A stretch of DNA of 64,000 bases from the NCBI RefSeq assembly GCF_009914755.1, contig NC_060934.1; one strand, given 5' to 3'. Each line of letters opens with the position of its first letter. Position 1 is the first letter of the stretch. This stretch comes from the human T2T-CHM13v2.0 reference genome, Homo sapiens. The notes below the pieces were generated by a model. That model was given only the letters and a program-made list of their open reading frames with translations, had not been told where the DNA came from and searched no databases. A program made the translations under genes and the position numbers. This document shows positions 42,030 to 56,352 of this stretch, one piece after another.

Positions 42030-42555
42030 TGTAGGCAGTTTTCAAAATGGCTTTCAGTGATCCTCTTCTCTTAATATTCATATCCTGTCCTTTCAGCTTG
42101 ATAGTTGGCTTGAGATTAATCACACTTGAGCTTAATCACTTCCAAGTCTAGATGACAAAAGCCTTTGACTTTTCTCTTGCACATTCTTTTTTGCCTTCTT
42201 ATTTATTAGCCCTGTCAAAGCTGCTTCTATGTTGTGAGATGCTTTATGGATAACATCCATGTGGTAAAATAGTGAAGTAGGCCTCTTGCCAACCACCAGT
42301 TAGGAATAACCATGGAGGAACTGAGTCCCACCAACAGCTACTTGAGTGACTATAAAAGTGGACCCATCACTGGTTGAACCTTGGGATAACTATAGCCCAA
42401 TTGACACCTTGATTTTAGCCTTGTGAGATATTCAGAAACAGAGGATGCAACTAAGCATTGTTTTAATTTCTGACCCATGGAAACTGAGATAATAAATGTT
42501 TGCTGCTTTATCCAGTAAGATTTTGAATAATCTGTTAAACAAATAAATAGTACAC
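42030..42555 (+). mobile_element. MaLR solo LTR (MLT1F-like)
   Basis: Start 'tgtaggcagttttcaaaatggctttcagtgatcctc'. End 'ttctgacccatggaaactgagataataaatgtttgctgcttta'. Confidence 0.75.
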
Positions 42556-44229
42556 ATACATATACAAACTTGCAAGATAAAACATAACTTTAGAGGAAAA
42601 AAAGAAATCAAGCAAGAACTAGATACAGTTAACATAAACAAAACTCATCATATTTCATTACAGCATGTGGAAATTGTGAAGTATCTTTTTCTTATATATG
42701 TTAATTACTCAGTAAAAAATTAGAGTATCGCTGAAATCTGTATACCGAAGTTGAAAAAGACAAAGAAAACTTATAGAATGTATGGGAGGTGGTGAAAAGA
42801 TAATTAAAAGATTCAAAATCAAAATTTATATAACAGAATTTGTATTTTAAGAAAAATGTAAAGTGTTACAAAAAGTATGTCTCCTTCTCTGGTAGTAATT
42901 ATCCTATTTGCTATAATATAATAAATAGGTTTTGAGTAACTGTTTTGTGGCCGATTTAAGCAGCAATCCATGTAAACAGACACCTGGATTTCCTTCAGTA
43001 AGGGAGCAGGAAATGACAATTACATTCTTCAGCAAAAACATTTTATCTTTGTTTACAGACATTTTGTGTGTGTGTGTGTGTGAATGTTTCTCACAAATTG
43101 CAAAGGCCCCCCACCAGTCTTAACAAAGAATTTATTTGACCATTAACTATATTTCATGCGTAACATATATTTTATGACATGAATTATATTTTGAATTTAG
43201 ATTTTTACATTTTGTTAATTACTACTTCACAAGAAGGGGAAAAATAAAAAATCTTCAAAAAGCAATTATAGCTCAATGATTTAAATCAATTCACCGGGTT
43301 ATGGTTGTGGCAGATAATAAAAAATTAAATTCTTCTTCCAAAGCTAAGTTGATTACTCTGAGTACCTACCTGTGTTCTTCCAAAATTTTATAAATTACGT
43401 GTGATTGGAGCTCAGATGAAATTTAGATTGCTGATTGACTTTAACTATAGGAAAAACTATTCAAAGAAAAGATTAAATGAGAACCAAATCCTTTTATATA
43501 CACACAGAAAAAAAAAACATGAAAGTGAAAGTGATCTAATCAGAAGTATTACAAAAAATAGACAAGAAGAACCAACAGTTATACGATCTCTCTGATAATG
43601 GTAAATTCTCTCTTTAAGTAGGCATGTTGCTATTGATGTATGCTGAATGAGTGTGTTTTAGTTTTCCAACATAGCAAATCTGACAGTGAACTTGAAATCA
43701 GTTAGACTGGTAAGGGGTTTCTGGCTGGATTCCACATAATGCTGTTGGTTCATGGGATTTCCTTGGTCTAGCCAGGTTTAGAAACAGTTTTTAATCAGTT
43801 AATACTGGATTTATTATGTTAAAGAATGGGGGAGGGTAAAACTCACTGATTTAGAAACTGGATAATATATAAGTGTATAATATAAAATTAATCTGCAGCG
43901 AAGGCCAGAGTGCTTTCAAATATAAGCCAGTACATTTCTTTAACAGTTTCCAAATGTCTGGGAATTTTAATCACTAATTATAGCATTAAGTGAGCCAAGA
44001 ATTTTAGAAAAGAATATACTTTTATTAGATATTTTCTTGAAGATATGGCAGTCTAACAAGGAACAATTTTAGATAATAGGAAAACTTATTGGAATAGTAG
44101 TCAAAATCTCCTTCCTGAACTGTGAGATAAATACTTAAAAATTTACTAAATCCTTCATTCATAAATAATTCTTATTTTCCACCTATTAATTTGTTAGGTG
44201 ATTGAATGTTATCTTGCACTCTTATGTAC

Positions 44230-44444
44230 AATAGGGTTTCTCAAGCACAGCACTATTCGCATTTTGGGCCAGATGACACCTTGTTGTGGGGGTGTCCTAT
44301 GAATTTTAGGATGTTTAACAGCATCCTGGCCTTTCTCCACCTGCTGGATGATTTGCGCCCTCCCAGTTGTGACAGCCAAAAATGTTTCTAAGCACTGTCA
44401 AATGTCCTTTTGGGGGCAAAATAATTGTCTGTTAAGATATACTG
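44230..44444. mobile_element. MER20 hAT-Charlie DNA transposon
   Basis: 'ggtttctcaagcacagcactattcgcattttgggccagat...ccagttgtgacagccaaaaatgtttc...gggggcaaaat...gttaagatatactg'. Confidence 0.85.
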
Positions 44445-44454
44445 CTCAAAAAGA

Positions 44455-44759
44455 AAGAGGGGAGGAGAGCAGGTAGTGGCGATGGTTAATGGGTACAAAC
44501 ATAGTTAGATGAATGGATAAGATCTAGTATTCATAGCAAGAAAGAGTGACTACAGTCTGCAATAATTTGTTCACATTTTAAAATAACCAAAAGAGTATAA
44601 GTGGATTGTTTGTAACAGAAAGAAAGGATAAGTGCTTGAGGTGGTGATTACCCCATTTACCCTGATGTGATTATCATGCATTTTATGTCTGTATCAAAAT
44701 ATCTTATGTACCCCATAAATATATTCACCTATTATGTATCCACAAAAATTAAAAATTAA
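44455..44759 (+). mobile_element. L1MA3-like 3'UTR fragment
   Basis: 'ggattgtttgtaacagaaagaaaggataagtgcttgaggtgg...ccccatttaccctgatgtgattat...cacaaaaattaaaaattaa'. Confidence 0.85.
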
Positions 44760-44838
44760 TGAAAGGTTTCTATGACTCATGTGCAAATATAATTATAATC
44801 TTAGTGGTCACAACCAGTATATATATTTTTATCCTTCT

Positions 44839-45470
44839 TGTGTCAGGGTTCCCCAGGACCACTCTAAAGTTTGATGATATACATATTCACAACTATGGTT
44901 TATTACAGCGAAAGGCTACACAGCAAAATCAGCAAAGGGAAAAGGCTTATGGGGCAAAGTCCAGCGGACACCACGTACAAGTTTCCAAGAAACCTCTCCC
45001 ATTCGAGTCGCACAGATGAGAGTACAGATGGTCCCCAACTTACAATTTTTTGACTTTACATTGGGTTTATCAGAGTATTATATGCATTTGTGACTTACAA
45101 TATTTTCAACTTACAATGGTTTTATAAGGTGTAACACCACTGTAGGTCAAGAAACATCTGTGATTCATAGCAATGAGTTGTAACACCAGTTGTGGAATGT
45201 CCTCTAGATAAGTTCATTAGAGACTTAATGCTAACTGCTTAGCACATACCACATTTCCAGACTTTCAGAAATAAAGCAATTGTTTAGAAAAACCATCATT
45301 GTTTTTACAAACTGTTTAGGTACTACACACCATGCTTATCAGTTAGGGAATGACGAGATCCCTTTCAGAAATCCAAGTTCCCAGACACCAGCCACTGGTC
45401 AACTTTGCAAAAAGATCATTCTAATCACAGCAGTCTCAGGTCTGTTATGTTAACCCTTTCTCTATGCTTT
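44839..45470. mobile_element. ERVL solo LTR (MER77/MER21 group)
   Basis: 'tgtgtcagggttccccaggaccac...tttattacagcgaaagg...aaaatcagcaaagggaaaagg...aaatccaagttcccagacaccagcc...agcagtctcagg...tatgttaac'. Interrupted by a Tigger-type MITE. Confidence 0.75.
45025..45160. mobile_element. Short MER47 (Tigger5-family) MITE nested in the LTR
   Basis: Termini cagatggtccccaacttac ... gtaggtcaagaaacatctg, flanked by TA / TG (eroded TA target duplication). Confidence 0.75.
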
Positions 45471-45714
45471 CCTACAAAATGTTTTGTGACATGTCAGCTG
45501 CATTTTAGGCACCCAAAGACTTATACAATAAATAGGTGAACTAATTAATCAACCAGTGATGTTTTCAGTTAGAATTCCTTAAATGTCTCTATTGACACGT
45601 TTGTTCCTAAGGACTCTTACACCTACAAAGAGGAAAATGTTCCACATAATAAAGCATAACTACAGTTTTATAATAGAGGAAAATTTTAGTTAATCAAATT
45701 GTACCAGCATTAAC

Positions 45715-45831
45715 CTGCATTTCCAGAAAAGTCTTCAAACAACTCAAGATCCAATGGGAGGAACTCATTTTCAGTGAAAAGAAAATGATGTATGGTAATA
45801 TTCTGGTCGATGTAACTTTCAAATGCAACCA
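45715..45831 (-). other. Candidate 117-bp internal exon of an unidentified minus-strand transcript
   Basis: Acceptor ttcctctttctcttag|TGG and donor GCAG|gttaat. Length is a multiple of 3, two frames are open, and it lies in sequence I could not assign to a repeat. Protein not recognised. Confidence 0.35.
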
Positions 45832-45881
45832 CTAAGAGAAAGAGGAATTTAAATTTCTTGAATCTAAGACTCCATGAATAA

Positions 45882-46238
<357 letters not shown>

Positions 46239-48379
46239 ACTCAATGGTTACATTCTTATTTGAGATATGGAGTTGTCTAGAGCCCTTCACTCAAGACGAT
46301 CTGCTTTAGATTAATAGGATGCTTTGAGAAAATAAACTTCATGTTACTTTTGAGAAAATATGATGCACATTAATTTTATGATAATTAATGTTGAAACACC
46401 TCCCATAACCACACATCCCTCTTTTATACACGGGATAAAATTGTTAGTTTAGATTTTATTACTTAATTATTGTCTGGTCATCACCCCTTATCCCCTCCTG
46501 AATATTTAATGAGACCAAGGTCCGTGCTCTTTTTTAATTCACATTTGTCTCTCCAGGACCTTGCATAGGATGTAGTAAAGAGTATTTAACAAGAATCTGT
46601 TAAAATGATTTTTTTAAAAAAGCTCAGAGAGATAACTGTCCATACCCCATGTGTCCCCACAGTATATTCGATCTTTATTTTGAAGGCAAACACTATATTT
46701 TAAAAATCAAAATCTAATAAAGATAAAGCACCATCCCTTTACAGGATTGATTTCTTTGATTGTAAAGTGTGCTAAAAAAGGGTTTCCGGTGCACTCTGAC
46801 ACCATTCATAAAATCCTAACCAGGACCTGGTAAGGCCTTAGTTTGTCAACACTGTACCAGAAATCTCTAATATAAACAGGCTCATATTATAATCTTCTGC
46901 ATTTGTAATTTTTGAGAACAGGGTGGAAAAGCACTCATTTAAGTGGAGGATTTTTCTTTTAAATGCTGTACTTGAGAATGTATCATTATTCCAGATGAGA
47001 CAGATAAGTCGCGTTGCTCCCTGGCCCTGGCAGTGGATTTGTTTGTATATTATGCTTTCTAACTCTCTTTCTTTGCTGAGCTAGCTATTTTATGTTTCTT
47101 TGTGAATGACTGTACCTTAAGGGAACTATATTCTGTATCCATTATTTTATAAAGGTGAGTGGGCTCAGTAAATGCCTGAAAAAGTACCTTGACTAAGATC
47201 ACAGAGTTAACATAATAAACCTGATAGTGCTGTAGGAAGAAAGACCTAGTTAGGTGTGGAGTAAAACTTAGCCTTATAATTCCCAGGCCAAAGTGTTTCC
47301 ACCATCACCAAATCAGCGTCAGTAACTAATCAAATAACAATTTATTTAAGCCATTAAAAAATGTAATGCTTTCACTGCAATGTGAACATATATTTAAACA
47401 TGATGACGATTTGTAAAAACAAAGATTTTTAGAACTAAGAAGAAATATATATTACAAAGTAGTTAGTATTAAATAAACTGTTTCCTGGATCCTGAATGAT
47501 GATAAAAGTTTACCCCATTAACACTAGGGAGCATATTCAAAGAATCCAAAATTCTAGCAATTCTTTGGTTTAGTAGAAGCCACAAGAAGATAATTTATAT
47601 CTGAAATTCTGTAATATTACAGCATCCCAGTTCCTTTTGTGAAACCCAGAGTTCCATTTACTCATTCGAATGGCTATACTTTTTTAGAATCTCTTCAAAT
47701 TTGTTCCATACATACTTTTTAGATATGAACTAAAATTAGGCAGAGTAATATAGTTTTCTCCTCAATATGGAATTGAAAAAAGAAATACTCCAGTTACATT
47801 TTCCAGCTGAGTACTTTGGCTTATTATTGGATTTGATTTTACCTTTAACAGTGATACAAAGGCAAATGCAATTGACAAAGTTAAATATGTGGTAGCAGAG
47901 TTTGAAGTTTAAAACCCTACGTGCTTGCTTGCTTGCTTGGTTTTGCTTTTGTTTTCTTGAGCAATTGTTGACTACTCAGCCTGCTCTGTAAAGTTAAGAG
48001 CATAGACTCTGGAGTATCAGATGTAGATTAGAATTCTATTTTTGCCACTACCTATATTTATGAATTAAAACTTTTTTTTAACTTCCCTGATCTCAGTTTT
48101 CTCATACTTTAAAAGAAATTTATGTGTAGACAAGGAGGGGTCTTACTACTCTCATTAGCAATAAATAATATTATTACTTCATTGTCAAGTTTCCTACTAC
48201 CTAGGTACATGAAGCGCCCTTGCTCTGTCTCTCTTTCTCTCTTTCTCTCCTCTCTTTCTTCCAGTTTCCTTTATTTAACAGCAAGTTAAAAATGCAGTTG
48301 GAGAAATCAATTTATTATTCTCAAACAATTTATTTTACATTTATAAAACCGTAGAGATGGCTTATATTGTTTATGTGAC

Positions 48380-48480
48380 ATTGTTTATCCACAGGATAAA
48401 AGAAAAAGAGTTAAACAGTAAATAATTAAAATTGTTTATCCACAGGATAAAAGAAAAAGAGTTAAACAGTAAATAATTAA
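48380..48480. repeat. Perfect 50-bp tandem duplication (period 51)
   Basis: attgtttatccacaggataaaagaaaaagagttaaacagtaaataattaa at 48380-48429 and 48431-48480. Confidence 0.97.
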
Positions 48481-49259
48481 CTCCCACAGCTATAGTCATT
48501 CCTCTTTAAAAACTCTAGTCAACTAACCAAAGGAAACACCTTTTTGGTGAATACAGGTAAGTTAGGGCAAAGTTTTGGTAGTGAAATTGTAAAGAATCGA
48601 TTACTACTGTGATGAATCAAATCATAAAGAATTTCACTTCACTGTACTATACAATCTATTTTCAAGTTGAAAGTTAGTTAAAAATGTTTCACTTTATTTT
48701 CTTTGAAGACAATAAGTTGGAGGCAATTCAAACATTTTATTATGAATTATCAACTAAGTTTATTTAAATAATGAATTTATCTTTATGCTTAATGCAAATT
48801 GCATATACATTGTATTCAAAATAAAATGCAAATACCAAAGAAAAATTGTTTGCTAAAATGATGTTACAAGTTTATATTTGTTTCACAGTAAATTATTTTT
48901 AAATTTTTGTCAGTTTACAAACAAAAGATTGCTTAACAATTGCAAGCAGCAAATTTACCAATATATAAAATTCAAAATGTTCTTCCAAACACAAATATAA
49001 TTAAGCAGCAATAAAAGCTTAGTATATGAACTTTATTAATAGTGGTTATATCTAGTTTGTAGTTGCCAAGAAGTACCAGCTTTACATGCACTGGCAACAG
49101 TAATAAACAATTTATGGCTTTCTAATAAACAGATACGTGTTAAAAGCACATTTAAAAGAAATACCAGAAGAGTTTATAACATTTAGCGAGCATATGGTCT
49201 CTATAAAGTAGTAAATTAAGTACTTTATAAAACTGTTAGTATTAATACTATATTACAAT

Positions 49260-49490
49260 ATTTTATATTTGTGCTGCATAGTTTTCAAAGTATCATTTAG
49301 AAGGATTCTAATATTTTTAGAACTTATTTATTCTTCCCAACTTTGCCAGATAAGATTTATCTCTACTATGTTGAAGAATTAAAACTGAGACTCAAGATGG
49401 TTAAAATTTTGACTGACGTATTTCACCACTTGGTAGGAGGGCCAGGACTCATAATTAGGTTTGTGTAATTCTAAGTCAATGATTGTTCCA
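49260..49490 (-). mobile_element. MIR SINE fragment
   Basis: 'aaaactgagactcaagatggttaaaattttgactgacgtatttcaccacttggtaggagggccaggactc'. Confidence 0.6.
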
Positions 49491-50323
49491 GTTTATCTTG
49501 CTGTTGCTCAAACAGGTGTGCTTTTAAATTTGCTTATAAAATATGCACAAACAGATGGCACCTGCTAAATACATAACTGGCAATAATATCTTGATATTTT
49601 CAAATACTCAAGAGTAATCTAGCACAAAGAGCTCAGAAATTTGCAACATAATATATTGCACCCAGAAAAAACCCTTAAAACCGTCTAGTTCAACCATCTA
49701 TGTTAGAGAAAAATTGGACAAATAGAATTAAATGACTAGCCAATTTACTATCTAGAAAATTTCAAAGTTCAGACTCAAAAATCACTTCTTTGAATCCATT
49801 TCTAGAGCTTTCTGTGTTACATCAAGAAAACAGATTTTTTTCCAAATGTTTATGTTTCTTTGTCCAATCTAAAGGATGAAAGATACTAATTCTCTGTAAT
49901 ACATAAGAAGAAAAGAGAATTAGACAGTATCTTTATCAAGTCCCATCAGATTAGCAACAAATTTACAAAAGTGATGTTATAAAACTTTTTGACTAAAAGG
50001 CTTTCCCAATATTATAAAAAGGGTATCACATTATACTGCCATTTAATGCTATTAAGAAAACATTACCTACTACAAATAAATCTTACCATCATGTTTCTCA
50101 ATCTATTATAATTAATAAAATGTTAGGAAAAGACTTGTTTTATTGTGAAAATGTTATTCAATATATTTTATTCCAGATAAATGGATATTAAAGGATATTT
50201 ATAGTACTTTCAATTTGTTCTGAAAGCTACATCTGTATTATCAGGAATATGTATAAGCACTAAACATTGTTGCAGAATTTGTCTAAGGCTAACACCATTT
50301 TCAACACCATGAAGAATAAAACA

Positions 50324-50683
<360 letters not shown>

Positions 50684-51312
50684 TCAGAAAAAACTTCTTT
50701 ACAGCTTTTATGAAGTGTATAAATCCCTGCATGAATATATTCAACTCAGTGACTCTATTACATTCTTTGATGTCCCTCATGTTTCTAAAAAAAATGATGC
50801 CGAGTGTATCTTTAGGATTTGAAAGCAATGAAAGTACTATAAAGCCAACTGACAGGACCTCACTTATTTCCTGCTGGTTTATCAGCCGTCAGGAAGGATT
50901 TGCACTCAAACTCTTCCACCTTTCCCCCCCTTGTTATCAATGGCATACATGGAACCACAGGAAGAGTAACGCATAGTGTGGCCATCTAAAACAGGGTAAA
51001 ATTCAGAAAGTCTTATAGAAATAAAGTCACAAATGAGGTTCGAAAATAATTACCAACAGACACAAAAGAAGAATCTTTAAAACTCCATGATCTAAATATA
51101 TATTGACAATATAATTCTATGCCAATGAGTAGTTTTGAATTCAGCACCATATACTGACTGCCTATTTATCACATACTAAAGATACAAATAAGTAAGGAGT
51201 TACCCACATATAAATATTCCATCAATGTTTGCACATCCATGGTATATATTGTAAAGATACATCTAGCACCAGAGGATGTTGGGTGCTATGGAATAAGAAA
51301 ATAGAGACGTGA

Positions 51313-51605
51313 TTTTTTTTTTTATTTTCGAGACAGGGTCTCTGTCACCCAGGCTGGGGGGCAGTGGCCTGATCTCTGCTCACCGAAACCTCTGCCTGCC
51401 AGGTGCAAGTGATTCTGGTGCCTCAGCCTCCTGAGCAGCTGGAATTACAGGCGCATACACCATGCCCAGCTAACTTTTTGTATTTTTAGCAGAGACGGGG
51501 TTTCACCATGCTGCCCAGGCTGGTCTCGAACTCCTGACCTCAAGCTATCTGTCCACCTCGGCCTCTAAAGGGCTGGGATTACAGGCGTGAGCCACCAGGT
51601 CCGGC
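51313..51605 (-). mobile_element. Older Alu (AluJb/Sz-like)
   Basis: Dimeric antisense Alu with 'gagacagggtctc' and 'ctcctgacctcaagctatctg'. Confidence 0.92.
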
Positions 51606-51974
51606 AGAGGCATGAATTAAAAACAAACAAACAAACAAACAAAAAAACTTAAATTACATTCTCACCCCATCAACTTATTTGATCTTACCAAGTCATTTCA
51701 TCTCTATCTTCCATTTTTTAACCACAGTGTAAAAACATTTGACTTTTCTTCCCACTATATTGTTGTAAGTATAAAATGCCACAATATATGTGAAAATGGT
51801 CTGAAGATCCTAAAGCACTTCTATATTGCTCTATATACACTAGAGCAAGAAGAGGTTAAATGGTTTCCCCTGGTAGCACCTTCCTGAGCACAGAAAGGTG
51901 ACCTCGGCACCAGGGTGTACTGGCTCACTTCCCTAAATCTGGAATGTAATCTGAAGAGTATTACCCAAATCCTT

Positions 51975-52246
51975 TTTCTATTGTTTTTTTTTGTTGTTGT
52001 TGTTTTCGTTTGTTTGTTTGTTTGTTTTTTGAGACTGAATCTCGCTCTGTTGCCCAGGCTGGAGTGCAGTGGCGCCGCCACCACGGCCGGCTGATTTTTT
52101 TTTTTATTATTATTATTTTTTTATTTTTAGTAGAGACAGGGTTTCACCGTGTTAGCCAGGATGGTCTCGATCTCCTGACCTCGTGATCCACCCGTCTCAT
52201 CCTCCCAAAGTGCTGGGATTACAGGCGTGAGCCACCGCGCCCGGCT
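51975..52246 (-). mobile_element. AluY with internal deletion of most of the right arm
   Basis: The 'gcagtggcgccgccaccac' junction at 52071-52075 skips ~84 bp. The left arm has Y diagnostics. TSD-like cccaaatc on both sides. Confidence 0.92.
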
Positions 52247-53060
52247 CCCCAAATCTTTACTGCCAAGAAAAGTGACAGGTTTAGTAATTTCATAGTGGTT
52301 TTGGATAATTTGGCTTTCAAATTCCCTTTAGATTAGTTCCTTTAGATTATAACATTGCTAACACTATAAAACTCTAGTTTGAGTGAAATTCTTGTGGATT
52401 CAGATACTGCAATCAACGAACATTGAGCCAAGGATGAATTGGTGCTATTCCTGGTCAATTGTCTTTGGCAAATAAAGATAGACTCGTTCCATGATTGAAA
52501 GCTACATAAAAAATATCTAATATCACTACATATCAAATATAATTTAAAATATAAAATCAAAATTAAGTCCTTATTAAGCCTTGGTAGATTAAGAAAATAC
52601 ACCATTAATATGCCGACACACATCTAATTATTAAATTAAGGAAAATTTTTGTATCAATTTTTGATTGGTAATACAGAAATAAATTTTCACTACAAAGAAA
52701 TTTTGAATAAGTATTGACACTGATATAAAGTACATCATTTAATTATTATCATTATTTTTTCAAATTTTAGTTATATTTAGAAGATTAGATTACCTTAGAT
52801 TCCAATTCAAAGACTATATCCCATATGATTATTTCAGCTTTTTTCAGAATGCATTATTTAAAAAACAAAACGTTTATGGACATAACCAATTATAATGTGC
52901 TGCTGCTCACAAAATAATTGATTATAAACATGCCAGAAAAAATGACACAAGTCGCATATGTGTTCTTTCCAGATTCAAGCTATTATCTTCTAAATATTCT
53001 AAGTAGATAGTAGATTAAGATAATTTATTTTAATTTATTTGCCATGTTTTTCACACTTAG

Positions 53061-53366
<306 letters not shown>

Positions 53367-54074
53367 AGGTTTCCCTTTATGCAGAAAGCAGCTTGCAGGC
53401 AATGCTAATATTGGTTTAATTTTCTTAGGAGGAACCCAGTATAGTACGGGAAATAATTAATATAATTTGTTCTTAAAAATATAGCTTAGTATTGTATTAA
53501 TTTTTCTAGAGACTGAGCCAAATCAAGTTTATTCCAACTAAAATACTGCAAACATTTACTTAAGCTAATATGTCTTATTCTTAAAATGCTTAAGGGTGCA
53601 GCTCTAGAATTATATTTCTTAGTCACACCTTACTGCAAATTATATTAATTGGAGAATAAATTTATTTATAATCCTAGACACGTTTTAGGAAGAGAATTTG
53701 AATGGAATAAACAGGGAAGAGAAAGATACATCTTCTTATGATAAAATAAAGATACTAGAGATCTTTATGACACAATAGTAAACATATATATGAATTATGA
53801 ATTAATCTAAACATGCTCATACATAAAGATCTAACTGTGTATTTTTCATTTTAAATCAGTTAAATTAGTTACATAATCTACTGTATAAGATTAATAAAAA
53901 TGAACTAAAAATATCTGTTGGCTCATCAGAATAATGCAGCACTTTTTTCATTGGGTTATTAAGGATAATATTTATAATAATAAGTGCATACAAAGTTCTT
54001 ATTACAGTGCGTAGAGCACAATGGATGCTAACTGGATGTTACTTTCTCTCTCTCTATCATGTAAACACCACGAG

Positions 54075-54465
<391 letters not shown>

Positions 54466-55374
54466 CTATCCTTTATATAGTGTCCATTACGTAATAAGAG
54501 CCCATCAGTCATTTTTTTCAATACGTAAATACGGAGAAATATCTTGACTACAGTGCAGGACTCCATGTTTGTTTGGCTCTCTGCTCAAATTAGACTTTTC
54601 TTCCATCAATATAGAATAAGCCATGCATAGACATAGTTTCTATTAAAAATCTGTACCCTAATGAGTAGAATGGGCTCACACAGATCTTGGAAAAATACAT
54701 TTAGTAGGCTTGGTGAAACTGTAATGGCTTTGTACAGAACTCCACTGCAACCCACCTGACAAACTAGGATATGCTAAACAAACCAGTCATTTATGTTAGC
54801 GTGTGTATGTGTATGTGTCTTTCTGTCTGTCTGTCTGTATGTATGTGAAAGAGAGAGAGAGAGAGAAACTATGGATACTTCCTTTATTAATTCTGGCTTT
54901 GCCTTGCCTTAGAACAGGACAACAGACTTCACAATTTTTCTACATATATGCAAATAAATTCTCGGCACTTTAACTGTCTTTGAGTTACACTTTGATACAT
55001 CCACAGTGCAATTTATGTCAATAAAAATGAAATTCCTAAGTAGGAGGGAGCTGTGTCTTAACGTGATTAGTATTTGGACTTCCTATTATTGTATTTGAAG
55101 ACAGAGGATGCTTGGCTTTATGAAGCAAGCTCCCATTCAATTGGATTACCATATGTCTCAAAAAACATGATAGTAAATGTCTTTTGATAGCATGAGATAT
55201 AAAGGAGAAATATAAAAATCTGCTTTATGAATGTTCTGCTTCCAGCCGGGGTATATTCAGTTGTAGTTAAGATAGTTGTGTTCTATTAGCTGGGGACAAT
55301 TTGTAACTGTCTTTATTAGAAACATACATGTGTATGCCAAACTGCTAAGAAATGAGAAATTTCTGTCTATATCA

Positions 55375-55842
55375 CCTGTTTTTGGCTTGCTCAGAATTCT
55401 ACCTTCTTAAAAATTGGCTTTCCTTTAGAAAACTACTTCATTTGCCTTCTTTATGGTAGTCACGGTGCTATGCCCACCAACAATGACAAGTAAGAGACCT
55501 AAATAAGACCAATTAGATTATTCCTTAAAGTTTTATTTATGCCGAGAGAGAGACAGAGAGAGAGAGAAGGGCTCCTTTCCTTAGTAATTGCAATTATGAA
55601 TTTAGGTTGAGTTGTCAGCAGCCTTAATATATAGCTGCATGGACAAATATTGACTGAGAGTTAAAGCCAAACATCATGGGATGCAAGCAAAAGGCATCAA
55701 AAGAAACAGATTCCTCAGGAGGTCTTATTGGGTCTCTGAATACAGCCATGCCTGAAAAACTCACTGTAAGACCCTTCATTGCTTTATATTATTTGAGCTG
55801 CTTTTCTTTCCCTTGTAATCAAAGGACCACTGACAAATACTG
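55375..55842 (+). mobile_element. Old MaLR LTR (MLT1K/L-like)
   Basis: 3' end 'tacagccatgcctgaa...ttatttgagctgcttttctttcccttgtaatcaaaggaccactgacaaatac'. Confidence 0.55.
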
Positions 55843-55999
55843 GCTAAGTAGAATATTAATAAGAATATACACGAAAAAGAAAAACATGAATATGCTTTTG
55901 GTATAAATTTACCTAAAATATTTTAACATGCAAATTAGATACCATGTAGTTTGTTAACTTTAATAGTTCCTCAAATTAAAATGTTTTAGTATGTAAATA

Positions 56000-56352
56000 C
56001 AGATGGTTTCCAACTTTAAATGGTTCGACTTATAATTTTTTATTTGATTGTGATGTGAAAGCCATACTAATTCAGTAGAAATGTTTCATCAAATTTTGAA
56101 TTGTGATATTTTCCAGGCTATTAATGTATGGTAAAATACTCTCTCATGATGCTAGGCTGCAGACCCCAGCCAGCCACAAGATCATGAGTGTAAATAAGTG
56201 ATACTCTACAGTGTATTGTGTTGCTGACGCTTTTTGGATATTGTCTTTTCACATCCCATCATGTTTACAAAATGGCATTTTTGACTTACAGTGTTGTAAA
56301 TGTATGATGTGTTTATCAGGCCACAACTCCATCATAAATCGAGCAGCCTCTA
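56000..56352. mobile_element. MER47A/B (Tigger5-family) DNA transposon
   Basis: ta|cagatggtttccaactt...ggttcgacttataatt...cccagccagccacaagatcatgagtgtaaa...catcataaatcgagcagcctcta|ta. Confidence 0.8.

Noticed and set aside
51850-51950. Minus-strand peptide GSEPVHPGAEVTFLCSG resembling an Ig/sushi strand
   Set aside because: Too short, no completing domain or good donor, and likely chance.
52342-52502. Minus-strand acceptor ttttttatgtag with an open frame (FQSWNESIFICQ...)
   Set aside because: No credible donor and no recognisable protein.
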